A DNA stretch of 64,000 nt. Origin: Tubulanus polymorphus (lineage: Eukaryota; Animalia; Nemertea). This document shows, one piece after another, positions 11,801 through 24,938 of this stretch. The position numbers and the translations under genes were made by a program. The DNA lies in assembly GCF_964204645.1 (NCBI RefSeq), contig NC_134031.1:6138001-6202000 (forward strand), in the 5' to 3' direction. The notes below the pieces were generated by a model. The model worked only from the letters and a program-made list of their open reading frames with translations, did not search any database and was not told where the DNA came from. Position 1 is the stretch's first letter; the number at the start of each line of letters is the position of its first letter.

Positions 11801-14800
11801 ATCGCCGCCTTGTCCTCATCGGTCAGCTGTAATCCGGGAATCGAGTAGTCGGGCTTTTCTTCTTCGACGACTACGAAAAAATAACGAAAATCGTGTCGAT
11901 CTCAATTCGTTCATTCAACAATATCATGGTTACCACAGTAACATGAATCAAAAATTCCCAGGTTTTCTCCAAAGTATTTCATGGGTAATTTTTCAATTTT
12001 TCCAAATGGAAATGAACAAATGCCATCATGCTACAGTCAACATTTTAGCGGTGACTGGTTGATAAACGTGATTTTGCAAGGAAAATTGCTGAAGAAAGTT
12101 GCCCTTGGCAAATACAATACAATACACGAAACGTTCCATAAACGTTGAATTTTCCAAATATTTCCCTGATTTGAGGAAAATTTATCAAATTCCCAATTAT
12201 TTCCAAACTGGGAATTATCATATCAAAATTCCCTAGTTTTTCCCAATTTCCCTGTTCTGTGGGAACCATACAATATGTATAATGAGAATCCCACAATAAA
12301 GATGGGAAGGGAAAATAATAAAATCCAAAAATGTTTCCTTGAGCTGGTAGTTCATTCAACTAATAGTCATGTTCAGGAATAAGGGTTTTCTAGACCTTAT
12401 TATTTTCTCGTCTTTATTGTAGGATTCTCGTTATATTTACGTCTCAACAACACGGATATTGTGTTTTATCAATGTTGTTCATTCGATGCTTAGAACGTTA
12501 AGCACCTACAATACTGGCCATATCCCCGTATGGCACAACATTGATTTAATTGTAACTTTATCCCAATACATAATCACGACTAGGCATTAAGGCTGTAGGA
12601 GCATCATACCTAAACCCACTCGCTAAGTAGGTAGTGATGCCTAAAAACTTCCTTGGTGCAATTGGATTAATTACATATAAATCTTAACCCCTTCAGTGCA
12701 TGTACACCTGGCAGCATCTGTCATAGTGAAATAAATATTAGTAACTTACAATTCACTGAGGTGGACTTTTTAAAATTTTCAAATTATCTCCAGCGCTTTC
12801 GGGTATCAATTAGTCAGCAATAAAAGGGCTAAATCAACCCATAGAACAGAATTGAGGCAGAAATTCGCGATTTTTGTCTCGATTGCTTTGAAATATGTGA
12901 TGTTAAGTTATTTTTTGTTTACGTACCGGTCTCTTGAGCTTGAACCTGTTCGACTTGACCCATACCGGGAATGTGCGGTTCGTTCATGGTGTCGTCTGTG
13001 AAAAGAAAGTTTGGAATGATGAAAAAAATCACAAGCAAATTAAAACGAGATATCGATAATTTCGAGGCGGACGGCAACACTCACCGTACTCGTTATCGTC
13101 GAGAACGCCGGTCGGTAGTGTGTTCAGATTGTAACGGTCTCTCATCTTGTCTCCCGGTCGATTCCGTGTCCAGAATTTACTGTCGTCAAAAGAGAAAAAA
13201 GTTAACCAACAACAACCAAAACACGGTTTTCAACAATGATCCCTAGGTGAAAGTTCGAAACGTTCCTCCGTTTTTTAATTTCAAAAAAATCTTGTATAAT
13301 GAATTTTGCTTTCAAATTTGTACTTAGCGGATTTTCATTTTACAGCAATGATTATGTAATACAAAGTATTCATACTTGTAATACAACCAACAATATTTTT
13401 TACCAATACATTCGAACTGTGAAGAATGTTCACATACTAACTGACCAGAGTCAGTAAAAAGTTACATTTTTGTTAACTCAGTATTCCTGGTGATGTCTAT
13501 TAGGTTATAGTCCAAAAGTCGAATCGATAAGTCATTAGCTTAAAGGAAACTTTTCGGACTTGATTTTTCTCGTTATATTAGTGTGGGATTCTTAATTTAT
13601 TAAAAGTTACGTGCGTTTAAAGCTAGATTTTTGAAACTGCATAATTTGATGAATTTAGCATGTACGTAACAAGGTGGTGAGCCTATTCATATCATTTACC
13701 ATGGGGATATTATCCTAGGTTAACTTGATATATTAGGGGCATTCTACTATTTACTATACTTTCCGATAAATTATATATATTAGTATTGTCCTGATACCAT
13801 TTGTACTTATTACGTCAAAAACAACACGTTTAATATTTTTCCATCATAACTATGTATCCCGGACGTATATTTGCGTTAAAAAAATTTGTAAGCGCAAAGC
13901 AATTATCATCATCATCGTTATCATAACAATACCAGTACATACGTCGTGTGGTCGTTAGACCCAGACGCTAGAATATGTCCCATCGGATGCCACGTCGCCT
14001 CCCAAATCATGCCTTCATGAGCTTGCTCGATCACGCCTACTTCCTTCTCTATCCTGCAATAATCATACATAAACACGGCTCATACATGTCATACTAAGCC
14101 TGACGCATAAGTTTGCAGTTCTAAGCACTTTTGATAGTGAGTAGACACTTTTAACGAACTTTTTGCAAGGCAAAAGTTACATTTTCCTATCATTTACGAC
14201 CGCAGCTCTGATCCTATTCTGTTACATAAATAGAGTTATTGATGTCAAAAAAATAATTCGGAATACCAACAGTCCAAAAGTAAGCACTTAACGAGAACTT
14301 TTGGAAATTTTGCGAATAGTTTAGACTGTTTAAGAGTCTCGGTAAATATTCTCAGAAATAAGCACTTTAAGTAAGCACCGGCGTAAAACCAAACGTAAAT
14401 CAATTGTTATCATAATTGTACATCTTTAAGCAGATTTTCATGGCTGATGGCTGAGTAATTGAAAGCCATCGGTTTTTCGCACACAGGTCTTGTCAGACCT
14501 GCCAACATTGAGTTCAACTATGTTTGCATAATTCTGAATTTTGCCAGTAACATAGAGGAGTTTCTCACCAGTTCGACAGATTACGCAATGGTACCAAAAT
14601 GTCTGAATGTACTTTCCAAATTAGCCCGTAACGTATTGAAGTTTCCCAGTAACAGCACTGGTATCCCGCAATAACGCGGATTCGGTAACGCATGAATATT
14701 TAACTTGATAGTCTGGTTTAAATTTCTGGAGCCTGCATCTCTTCTGGGAATAGGCGGCGGCTTCATCATCAGCCGATAGAACAGCGATTTCCGATTCACT

Positions 14801-17800
14801 ATTGTTACAATCGTCCATTTTCCTTACTACAGATTTTACGCAATTTGGGTAATGTTTCAGAGCATCCACGAAATGGAAGTGATATTGGAAAGATACAAAA
14901 TGGCGGCTTTTTGAATAGCAGAAGGGACAGGGTTTAGGGTCTAGAGGGTCCAGAGAGTTAGGGTTAGGGTCAAGAGGCTCCAGAGGGTTAGGGTTAGGTT
15001 CCGTTACATATTATAATAGGGTAGGGTTAGGATGAGGCTATAAGTAGTTAGAAAGTTGCGACTCCTGGCAGCTTCAGCGATAGCGCTGGGGGGAAACGTT
15101 AGGCTAGCACTCTTGTGCTTGCGTTTTCGATTCCCAATTTTCGTGGATCTCTCTTAGAATTGTATTCGCGCATGCGCATTGGTTGTTTTGTGGATGCTCT
15201 GAAACATTACACAACTTGCGATTCTACAGAGACTGAACCAAGGCCTACTTCCGCTTTCCGAAGAAACTCGCCGCAGTTAGCACACCGATAAATGATTAGC
15301 AGGTGGCGTCACATGTCGGCTGGGGATTGTGCTATTAGATATTTCTATCGCCACTAACGAACTCAAACACGTAATTTATTAGACATAAAACAGAACATTG
15401 TAACATGTTTACAGTTCAATCGTGTTTTATGGACCAAAAACGGAACAATTTTTATTTTACTTTTTCCACCATATTTTTTTCATTCGGATCGGAACGTCGT
15501 ATTATTGACATGCCAAACGTAATGTAATACGGCGAAACCGTAACGGTTGGCAGGTCTGTCTCGTCAATCCAGAGGGTTCAATCAAATCCTGAAGGAATGA
15601 AAATTCTTACCCGACATTCCAGAACATGATCGATCCGTCAGATCCGCCGCTTACCAACAAACTCTCGTGTATCGGATGCCAATTAGCAGCTGAAATTCAA
15701 ATAAACCAACATACATGGTATACTTTCATAGTCTTCGAAGAAATATTGTTGCACGCTTATGGAAGGCATTTGGATTGCTCAAAGGGGTGGACAGTCAATT
15801 TACGGGAATATTTTACTGAGATAAGGATTTTAGTTAAATTATTAGCACGATTAACTGACTCCGGAGGTTTACTGAGTTAACCGGTACCTAGTAAGGAGGA
15901 ATTAACTGCATAAGACACACACAACAATTTAAATCAACTATTTCAGTGCACCTTAACGTGAGTGCGGTGTATAAATCGGCGATGGACTTAGCTTGTACAC
16001 CGGATAACGGTGTATTGGTGTATTAATATTGATGTAATTAGTTATATAATCTCTATTGAAAGATGGCAGCACCTGTCGAAAATGTTGAAATATTAGTAAC
16101 TAACTATACACCGCACCGTGGTGTTGATGCACAAAAGCGGTGTGCCCATGGAATCGTTAAAATTTTTAAAAATATCTCCAGCATTTTCAGATATTAATTA
16201 GTCAGCATTGAAAGGGTCAATATTGTGTCTAACATTAATGACTTCCTTAGATAAATATACATTATCGGGGTACTGCTAACTTTCAGTATGAAACCATGTC
16301 CCCGGTGTATGCAGCTATTCGCACGTCCTCACAATATACTTACTTATTACTTCCTTTTTGTGCCCTTTGAACGTTTGTACTTCTTCTTTCAGATTTCGCA
16401 GATCGAATAATTTCAGCAAATGATCGCGAGACGCCGTGACGAACCAGCGGCCGTTTCGGTTCCATTTCACGTCCATGCACGTGTTCTTGTGCGCATGCCT
16501 ACATAAATAATCTTGATTAATCAACATATATTTCAGAGAGTAAAATCATTATTTTTCCACAATCACGTTTATGCCTCCAGGAAAGGAGTTGACCTGAATA
16601 ATATTTTTTACTACATTATATACAAAGCCTTACTCGCATAAGATCCGACCCGATCGTCGGGTTGTAAGGAATCGGCAACCAGTCGCCGATTTTTCAGTTG
16701 GGGAACTTTTGCGAAATGAATGAACTCAAGATTGTTAAAACTGATCGCAGACCAGTTGTAAACCGATCGGACCAGGACCGATCATAAGGTTGTAGCCAAT
16801 GAACAGCGATGTACACATTACATGACTTAAGCGTTCGGGTCAAAATGATCGCGGTTCTCAGGTGACCCGAGTATAGCTAAGATCCGACAAACGAGTCATA
16901 GCCGAATCAGTGACTCGTCCTCGCGATGTGGCACGATTGTTCTAAAGAATCGTAGACGATAGGATCAGATCTTAGTTCGACCCGAGTTTAGCTTAACTTG
17001 ACCGAGCAAAATTTGGCCTACTTCAGTGGAACCCCGTTATAACGAATTCGCATATCAACGATTTATCAGTTATCACAAACCTAGAATTACGTCCCAAACT
17101 GGATTATTTCATAATTTCATACTGAATATTTAACGAACCATCGATCAACAGAAACAAATCTGCTGGAAATCCCCTGAAATTCTTTGTAACAAGGTTCCAC
17201 ACATCAGGCACCGTAGTTTTTTATTGTTGGTGATATCTAGAATTCAAGTCTGTATTCATAGTATGCTAGATTTACTGCACGTAAGGGCGTAAACACTTAC
17301 AACGTAGCGAGACCGGTACCAGTTCGCGGGTCCCATAATTTGATAGGCTGTTGACTGTCCTTGCTGCCGGATATCATGAGACATTTTTGAGGATGCCACG
17401 CAACGCACTTCACATCAGCTCCATGACCTATACGTACAGTCATTCAATGAAATTCTCAAGTTCACAATCACAAATGGCAAGTCTTATCAAATGAGATATA
17501 ATTCTAACAATTCATAAGTGAATAATCATGCGAGGGTTTTTATCGCGGGCGCAAATTGCAATTGATTCTTCAACAAACTGGGCCTGGCTTTCCCTTTCGT
17601 GATATGGGGTCAAAACCCAGTATGTTCAGAGACTGGATGAAGCTATGAAGCCTGGCCCTCGTAGGCCAGGTGCACAGGTATTTGCGTATTGGAATATGAA
17701 ATCATCATTAGCCAATCAAAAAATCTCGTTTGATATCAAGTTGATAATTTTACAAACAAGAGCAAATATAAGTTGCGATCGCACGGAGACGATTTGGCCC

Positions 17801-20800
17801 GTGCCTAATTTAGAGCGGGCATTCACATGAAAACCACTCACTTGATACTAAACAGTGTTTTAACAAAGCGAAGTGAGTCAGTTGCAATTCACACGCAATA
17901 ATTTGATCCGTACTAGAATTTGGCTCAGGCCTGGTCTGGAGGCACAGGTCTGTTTGGCACCCATGTTTGAATCTGGCCTGGTCTGAAGGCAAGGGTCTGT
18001 TTGGCACCCATGTGAATGGCTGTTCCGGGCAAAATACGCTGGTGTGAACGCGACTATACATGATAGGAAATCCAATCAGGTCGGCACATGGCCCCTAAGT
18101 CAAAATCCAACAGTGAGGTTTTTCACTCGCTATGCGCTATCCGCATTATTTGTTGTGGGTTAGAATTAGACTTGATGAGGGAAATACTGGAAAATCACCG
18201 TGCGCATAACTGATTCCTGGTGTTGACGTATGGATATCATATCTACGTAACCAGTAATTTTATCTAATGGTAGTTCAGCTTATAGCTACAGGGCCACTTC
18301 ATTTAACCTATTGGTACATAGTCATTTAACCTATTGGTACATGGTCATTTAACCCATTGGTACATGGTCATTTAAACTATTGGTACATGGAGAATGGAGC
18401 TTGCACCGAGATAAAAATAAATACCATAAATACCATCACGTAGGTGTCAATTGGCAGCCCAGAACCAACCCTTCACACACTGACCTTCCAAGTACCGTGA
18501 AGTCTTGTGGGTCATTTAATGAGGTTACTAAGTATTGTCAAGTCTTGTGGGTCATTTTATGAAGTAACTTAAGTATGAAGTTTGTAGTTCTAATTAATGG
18601 GGGTGAAAATTTCTGTGGACCTTCGCAAAGGAGGAACACAGGTAAAGCCTTGCCACTAACAAATTGGGGATGGGTGCAGGCATCAGATTAGTTATCCCCT
18701 GCATGAGTAACACTTCACTAGCAGGCTTTAGATCCAGGTGGAGATCAGGGGCCAGTTGCTCTAAAGTTGGTTAGAATTAAACAGTGGATTTAGTTGACAA
18801 AGTGACAATTGAAATTTCATTGTTACGATGGCATTTTTCCATCGATTATCTTTCACAAACTTTTGAGCGACTGCCCCCCCGCCCGAGGGCTGGTTCTTTA
18901 AAACATATTTAGCTCAGGCAAATAATAAGTAGTGTATTTGCACTGTTTCTTTTGACAGCTTTCCAGAATTTCCAATGTCGTTTTTTTTACAGAAATTGCC
19001 CCTCTTACACTTCTTTGCGACAAAAAATCATGCCCTTTTCGTAAAGAAACCGCCTTTGGGTAAATGGGGCGTTCAAAATTTTGAGGGTTTTACGAAAGTC
19101 TCGTAAGACCCCCTGGATCTACCGCCTGTTGTTTACTAGAATACGAGTTTGAAAAAAGAAATAATCGGATAGAACTTACCTCTCAGTATTCTCTCTTCCG
19201 TACATCGTAAGAAATCCCATACACGGACGGTTCCATCGTCGGAACACGACGCAAATTTAGAATCGGATGGACAGAAACTGCGAAATAAATTGCCATCGAA
19301 AACTCAAAAACACTATCGAATAAACAATCGGAATATTTCATTACATCTATTTATTTCATTTTCGTCGAGAACCTATAGATACAGCTCATCGCCCGAAAGC
19401 GTACGTTTTATATTTTATTTTCAATTCCTTTAGCTCTGGTCGCGGTATATATAAACTGAAATAGCACGGACTTGGTGCTGCCTGAAAGGACTCAGCTAAA
19501 GGACTAGAGCGCCGTTCACACACAGCGCGATCAAAACTAGCGCCAAGGCAGATATGAATGGCTTCAACGTTTACAGTTCATTCTAAATACAGTAGAACTC
19601 ACTTGATCCGGATACCTAGACTGCACCCAGATTTCTCTGAATTTAGTGAAATCTGTTTTCAGATAATCGTTGATGCGGATCCAGGTAAAATGGACCAAAC
19701 ATCCCATCCAAATTAGATGATAACCCGAATTATTGTGAGTTTTACTGTATTATGAAATTGTGAACGCCAGACCTGTCCTAAAGAAACGAGCGCGACCATA
19801 GCTATTATCATAATCATTTCTAATTCGATTTACGATGCGCGAGCTGTACGAATAGGTTCGAGGGTCTTTAATAAGGGCCAATAAATGTCGGTTCTCAATT
19901 CATCCGAAAAAGCTCCTCTCTAAAACAATCCAAAACTGAATCCACCACATGTATCCGACTTCAACCGATTCAAATAAAAACATAATACAGTCAAACCCTC
20001 TTAATCCAGATCAGTATAAGGTCCTATAACGAGGGTGCCAATGATAATTGATATTATACAATGCTGATATTATTACCCATAGCCTATATCTATTTGTTCC
20101 CTAGGAAGGAAAGTGACATACAAGCTGTTAATCAGTATAGTACCAGTTAGCCTATAACATATCCAACTAAAATGATACATTTTTGGAAAATGAACCTCAA
20201 GGGCCATTGATTCACTAAAAGCTAGCACAGGGCTGCCAACCGCTGAAAAGTGCTATCGGTAACAAATTGAATTTTTTCATTTCATTGAAATATGAAAGAA
20301 AATGTTCAAATTAATCAATAATCATTAAGACCCTCTCGGTAACATCTTTCATATTTCTGTATGCATCGAACAAATCGAATCAGTATTCCGCATTATAGAA
20401 TACTAACAAATACTGAAAATCGGGAAGTTAGCTAGCAATTACCCGAGGCAGGGACAAATATAATGGTAATTTAGTTTTACTACCCCAAAATCAAATTCAT
20501 AACTTTTTTGCCATTAATTCCTCTAGGGAGGAAAGGCCAAATGAAACCTAGCCCAAACCGAATTAAGCGCGTTTGACTGTACAAGCACGAACAATTCCAA
20601 ACCAACTTATCAGTCCTATCTATCAAATGCACAACAAGCCAAAATCATTTTTGTGGGGATTCATCTGTTTATTGGCTCGAAAATTCATCGTACAAATCAG
20701 TGTATGAAAAATCAAGATTATCAGATGAATCAAATACTCTATACGAACCCCCGCCCTAAAATTTATTAACCCACCTGACAACAAAATCATTAATATATAT

Positions 20801-22230
20801 ATATTCAATGACGAAATTTCAACATCCTGAAAAGATCATTTGATAATACCAACCCAGTAATTTATTGTCCCTTCCCATTCAAAACAAAAAAAAAAAAAAC
20901 ATAATATCTCAGGGTCGAGAAAGCCTCAAATCGCATGGAGTGAAAAACTGAAATAAGAAAGTCCTTTGTTAAACCTGACGATTAATGGAACTCCTTAAAA
21001 ACTGGCAGAACCACTGTCACTGAAAACCGCTTCAGAAATTCAGGGGGTCAATTTGAGGGGTCCCACAGAATATCTTATTCAAATATTCTTTTTCTGACTA
21101 GTTATAGGGTCCATTGAAATGTTGGATGGTACATCCCCGTACGAGCACATTGGGCTAGTACCCGGTCCTCTGTTTTGTACATGATGGCAACGAGATATAG
21201 CCCGTAGAAGCCATGATTACACATATGGCTTGGCCTCGGTCAAACTTGACCTGATCAGACCTGAGACAAATTTGTCCTGCGCCTAATAACAGAGCACACG
21301 TAATATCACTTGTTACTGAAATGCTAGGACATGATGACCGCTAATAGTGGGCCCCGTGCCAAAAACTCTCGTGTGTGCGATTGCAGTTTTCTGCCCGACA
21401 TCTGTTTAAGTATGTATACTACTTTTTTTGTTTCTTTTATGCTTTCACCCCCCCATATCTTGATGAGAGCAAAAGGAAATTCAATACAGGTATGTACTTT
21501 TAAACAGCTAGTTGTGCTATTGATATATATATATGCACAACTGGCTGTTTGTGTTGCGTGGGAGTTTTCAATATTGGATATTGACGACAAAATTGGCACC
21601 GAATCAAAAAAATATCTCTATGAAATGCAGCAAACAATGAAACTAGTAAGTAACTAAACCTCAGGCATGGAGGACAATTGAACAAGCAACACTCAAGTCG
21701 GTTCAACCATTGAACTAAGAAAACCTAAAACAAATCTTAATTGAAAGGCAAGGTAACAGACATCTCATATACCGGTGCATAGTTCATCCTTTGAAGATGA
21801 CCATAGTTTCAACTCGGCTGATTGCCCATATATCTCATATAAATATATAGATCAGAATTACCGACTTTTTTTGGGAAGAAATGAAAGTGGATCAGAGTGC
21901 TCGGAATTGGAATTTACAGACTTGACCTGGACCGACGTTAATGGCTACAAAGTTTCTCCCGACGGACTGAAAAAGTAGTTTGAACCGAGGATGAGCCTGC
22001 TAAACGTAGACGGATGAGAACTCCTCAAAGATGACACAGAGAACAGAGAGAATCCTTTCTTCGCGTTAAATCCTTCCGAAAACTACAGACAAAATGGCTA
22101 GTCGATCCCCCGGAACTCCCATCCCGTCAATATTTATTCAGCCCTCGATACCCGAGAAACTTTTATTCGTTTATTTCTTTTTTCACTAACTCAATAATCA
22201 ATAATATCATAAAACATCCCCCGACAATAG

Positions 22231-22269
<39 letters not shown>

Positions 22270-24938
22270 AACAGGTCATAATTGATGAATAATAATAATA
22301 ACAGTAAATATAGCCTGATAAAAATAATGAGAAAGCAGATTTATAAATACGTTTATTATTCGAGAAATCTGTTCTCATCAGGCAAACCGGTAATGAAACA
22401 TGTCGTAATGCGCAACGCCGCCATTTATCTTTATTGCGAAATGACTGAAAATGACGGCAACAAAAAACGAAATAGTAATAGTAGTAATATGCGTATTATA
22501 ATATCCCACCTTAGATCGCGTACTGCCTCTTTATGAGCCTGATACATCTTAACATTATTCATATTAGACTGCCAGTATTTAATGAACCCGGCGTGGTCGG
22601 CGGTCAACATCCACGTGTCGTTGTGACTCCAGATCATCGTCCTTACCGGAGCGTCATGCGCCTGAAATACGCAATCAAAACCATACATTATAAATACGGG
22701 GTCGCTAAAGATCAGTCATTCCTGGATGAATGGAGTTTTCGAGGAGAAAATTTCAAATTTCAAGGAAGCATCTGCACCATTTCCATATTCCAATTAAAGT
22801 TCACTCGTTCAATCAAAACCATACATGATATGGGACATTTCGCTAAACGCAGTCATCCTCCCTTGGCTTAGCTTCTGGTTGGTCCTGCCACACTAGCCTG
22901 AGTGCGCAACTACATGCACAGCGTAGATGAAGTCATTATAAGCCAATCAGAAATCCTGTTTTATTTTAGCTCGGGACAGGTTTTACCATTTTAGTTTATC
23001 CATGAAATTTGCCTCTTGCCTCTTCGCGTTTATACAATGGGCAATCTGATCGGCAATCTGACCGAGTCTAGCGATGCCGTCAGGTTCGAATCCCTGCCGT
23101 GGGAGGATGAAATGGGGTATGATACTGTATCATAGTCAAACGGATTCAACCATGGGGTCCATACTATGTATTAGCTCCTTTCAGAATTTGAGAAAATATC
23201 AAAAATCAAGGACAGGGTCCGTACAGATCAGTCATTCCTAGATATAAGGATTTGTGTTTTCAAGGAGTTTTAAAGGAGAAAATGTTTGCGAAGCATTCGC
23301 ATCACTTCCGTATCCCAATCACAATAGACTCTTCCTCAAGGTTTACATCATGGTGATATCAAGTTTTCTTTTTAATTATTACGATCTATAATTCTTCGAT
23401 ACAATCTATTATAGTTACTCCTACCGGATAACAATTTACCTGTAAAATCGTCTCAAAATTAAATGTAAGGCCACTCCACAATGTGAATTCACCACTCGAT
23501 GCACCAGTCACAAGACGCCGACCTTCAGGAGTCCACTGAAAATTATGAACATTTTCGGCATTTCATTGTATTTCGAAAAATCGAAGAATCAAATTTTTCA
23601 ACTAAACGACTGAATTATCATGCTTACGCATAAAGCAAAAATCGGGCATCTCAGTTTGTTAGTCGAAGTCCGGATGAATTTAGACGTGACGGCATTCATG
23701 TAGTTATCGGTCATACCGAATGGTGGCACCACCTGCGCAAATGAAACGAATAGTTTTATCATCCGTTCAACAATCTCTCCATAACTAGTGCCCAGAGCGA
23801 ACTGATCTCAATCGAGCGCCTAAGTCGAGCTGACAGGAGAGTCAGCCGTATGAAAAGGTTTAGGGTAAAAAAAAAAATTGAAAAGATTACTCAACAACTT
23901 ACATCTGCCTGATAAAGGTAGTCCGGCATCACAGACCTCTGATCTCTATAGTCTCTTTGCCATATACGATTCTACAATTCAAACAGAGATATGATATACA
24001 GATATAAATCCTTGATAACGCCACTGTTGGGACCAATGAAAAACATGGCGTTAAAACGAATTTGGCGTCATAAACAATGGTATTTCCGTTAATTTTCGAG
24101 TTGAATTGGGTGAATTCGTTCTCTAAGAATTTTGGCATGCAATGAAGGATGGTGTTAAAACGGACTATGACTGTAATTAAAGTCCAACCCGTTGCATCCG
24201 GATTTTTATCCAACAATATCCAATTCCGACATTTTTGTTATTTCAGTTTCACTAAAGATCGGTCATTCCTGGTTATAGTTATAAGCAGTTTTTCAAGGAG
24301 AAAACTTCAAATTTCAAGGAAGTGTTCACGTCCCGATTACTGTAGACACCTCCTGAATCGGTACTGTTTATCTCAGTTATCTCGGATGGTTTAGTGAGCA
24401 ATTTTTATCCTACTAACTTTACTTAACTCGATTTCTAAAATTTGCTTACCGCCTAAATGGGTAAAATATATCTTGATCCCAACAGTACCAATTTAGCAGT
24501 AGTTTATTAATACAGTACAACTACAAACATTTCAAACATTTCTCGAAATTGAAGGAGTTTTGGGCTTTTTTCTCGGATCGACTCTAATACCCTTCATTAC
24601 AGGCGTTTTGGGACGAATAAAAGAAGTCCTACCTCTAAATGCCGTAAAATCGGTGCGTTATAATCGACGGTTTTCCGGTAAACCGCTTTACGCATTTGTT
24701 TGCCGTTAAAAGCCGCGTTGACGTTTCCGCTGAAGCCCTGCTGTTGTTTGAAAGGGATGAATCGTTGGTGACTTCCGGCGGGACTGTGTTGGTGAAATCG
24801 CGGCATGTGGAAGAACCGCGGCCCTCCTCCGCCCGCCGGGCCTCCGCCGTGGTGATGCGGCGGTTGGTACGGGGCGTGAAATCGAGGCCCGCCCCCGGCC
24901 GGAGGCATCTGCTGCATCGGAATATCGACTAATGCCAT
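8894..24938 (-). CDS. WDR33: pre-mRNA 3'-end processing protein WDR33 (CPSF/mPSF subunit), 16 coding exons, 967 aa
   Basis: Exons (minus): 24938-24633, 23971-23903, 23732-23628, 23535-23440, 22661-22510, 19277-19180, 17427-17301, 16498-16344, 15689-15611, 14053-13943, 13179-13085, 12995-12927, 11870-11616, 11060-11047, 10562-10223, 9726-8894. All introns are GT-AG with compatible phases; total 2904 nt. Peptides [55 protein letters not shown] and [19 protein letters not shown] are diagnostic of WDR33. Confidence 0.97.
12688..12828 (+). mobile_element. MITE family A, internally deleted copy
   Basis: Same termini and 3' half as copy 1. Confidence 0.7.
14494..15558 (-). mobile_element. hAT-like non-autonomous DNA transposon with a nested insertion
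   Basis: TIR CAGACCTGCCAAC/GTTGGCAGGTCTG with near-identical flanks TCTTGT/TCTCGT. Remnant peptide [16 protein letters not shown] resembles a hAT transposase N-terminus. Confidence 0.65.
15941..16216 (+). mobile_element. MITE family A, diverged copy
   Basis: Shares the internal AGATGGCAGCACCTGTC and the terminal TGAAAGGG. Confidence 0.75.
18300..18390. repeat. 23-bp minisatellite x4
   Basis: Unit CATTTAACCTATTGGTACATGGT. Confidence 0.9.

Noticed and set aside
14929-15031. TTAGGG repeats as a telomere or fusion site
   Set aside because: Short, degenerate and enclosed in a nested mobile element.
18300-18390. Regular repeats as a CRISPR-like array
   Set aside because: Head-to-tail minisatellite with no spacers, in a eukaryotic intron.
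21775-22050. Short ORF with coding-like composition in WDR33 intron 6
   Set aside because: No recognisable domain or splice context; at most a decayed transposon fragment.
22163-22378. Hydrophobic 71-aa ORF
   Set aside because: Arises from an AAT/ATT microsatellite.
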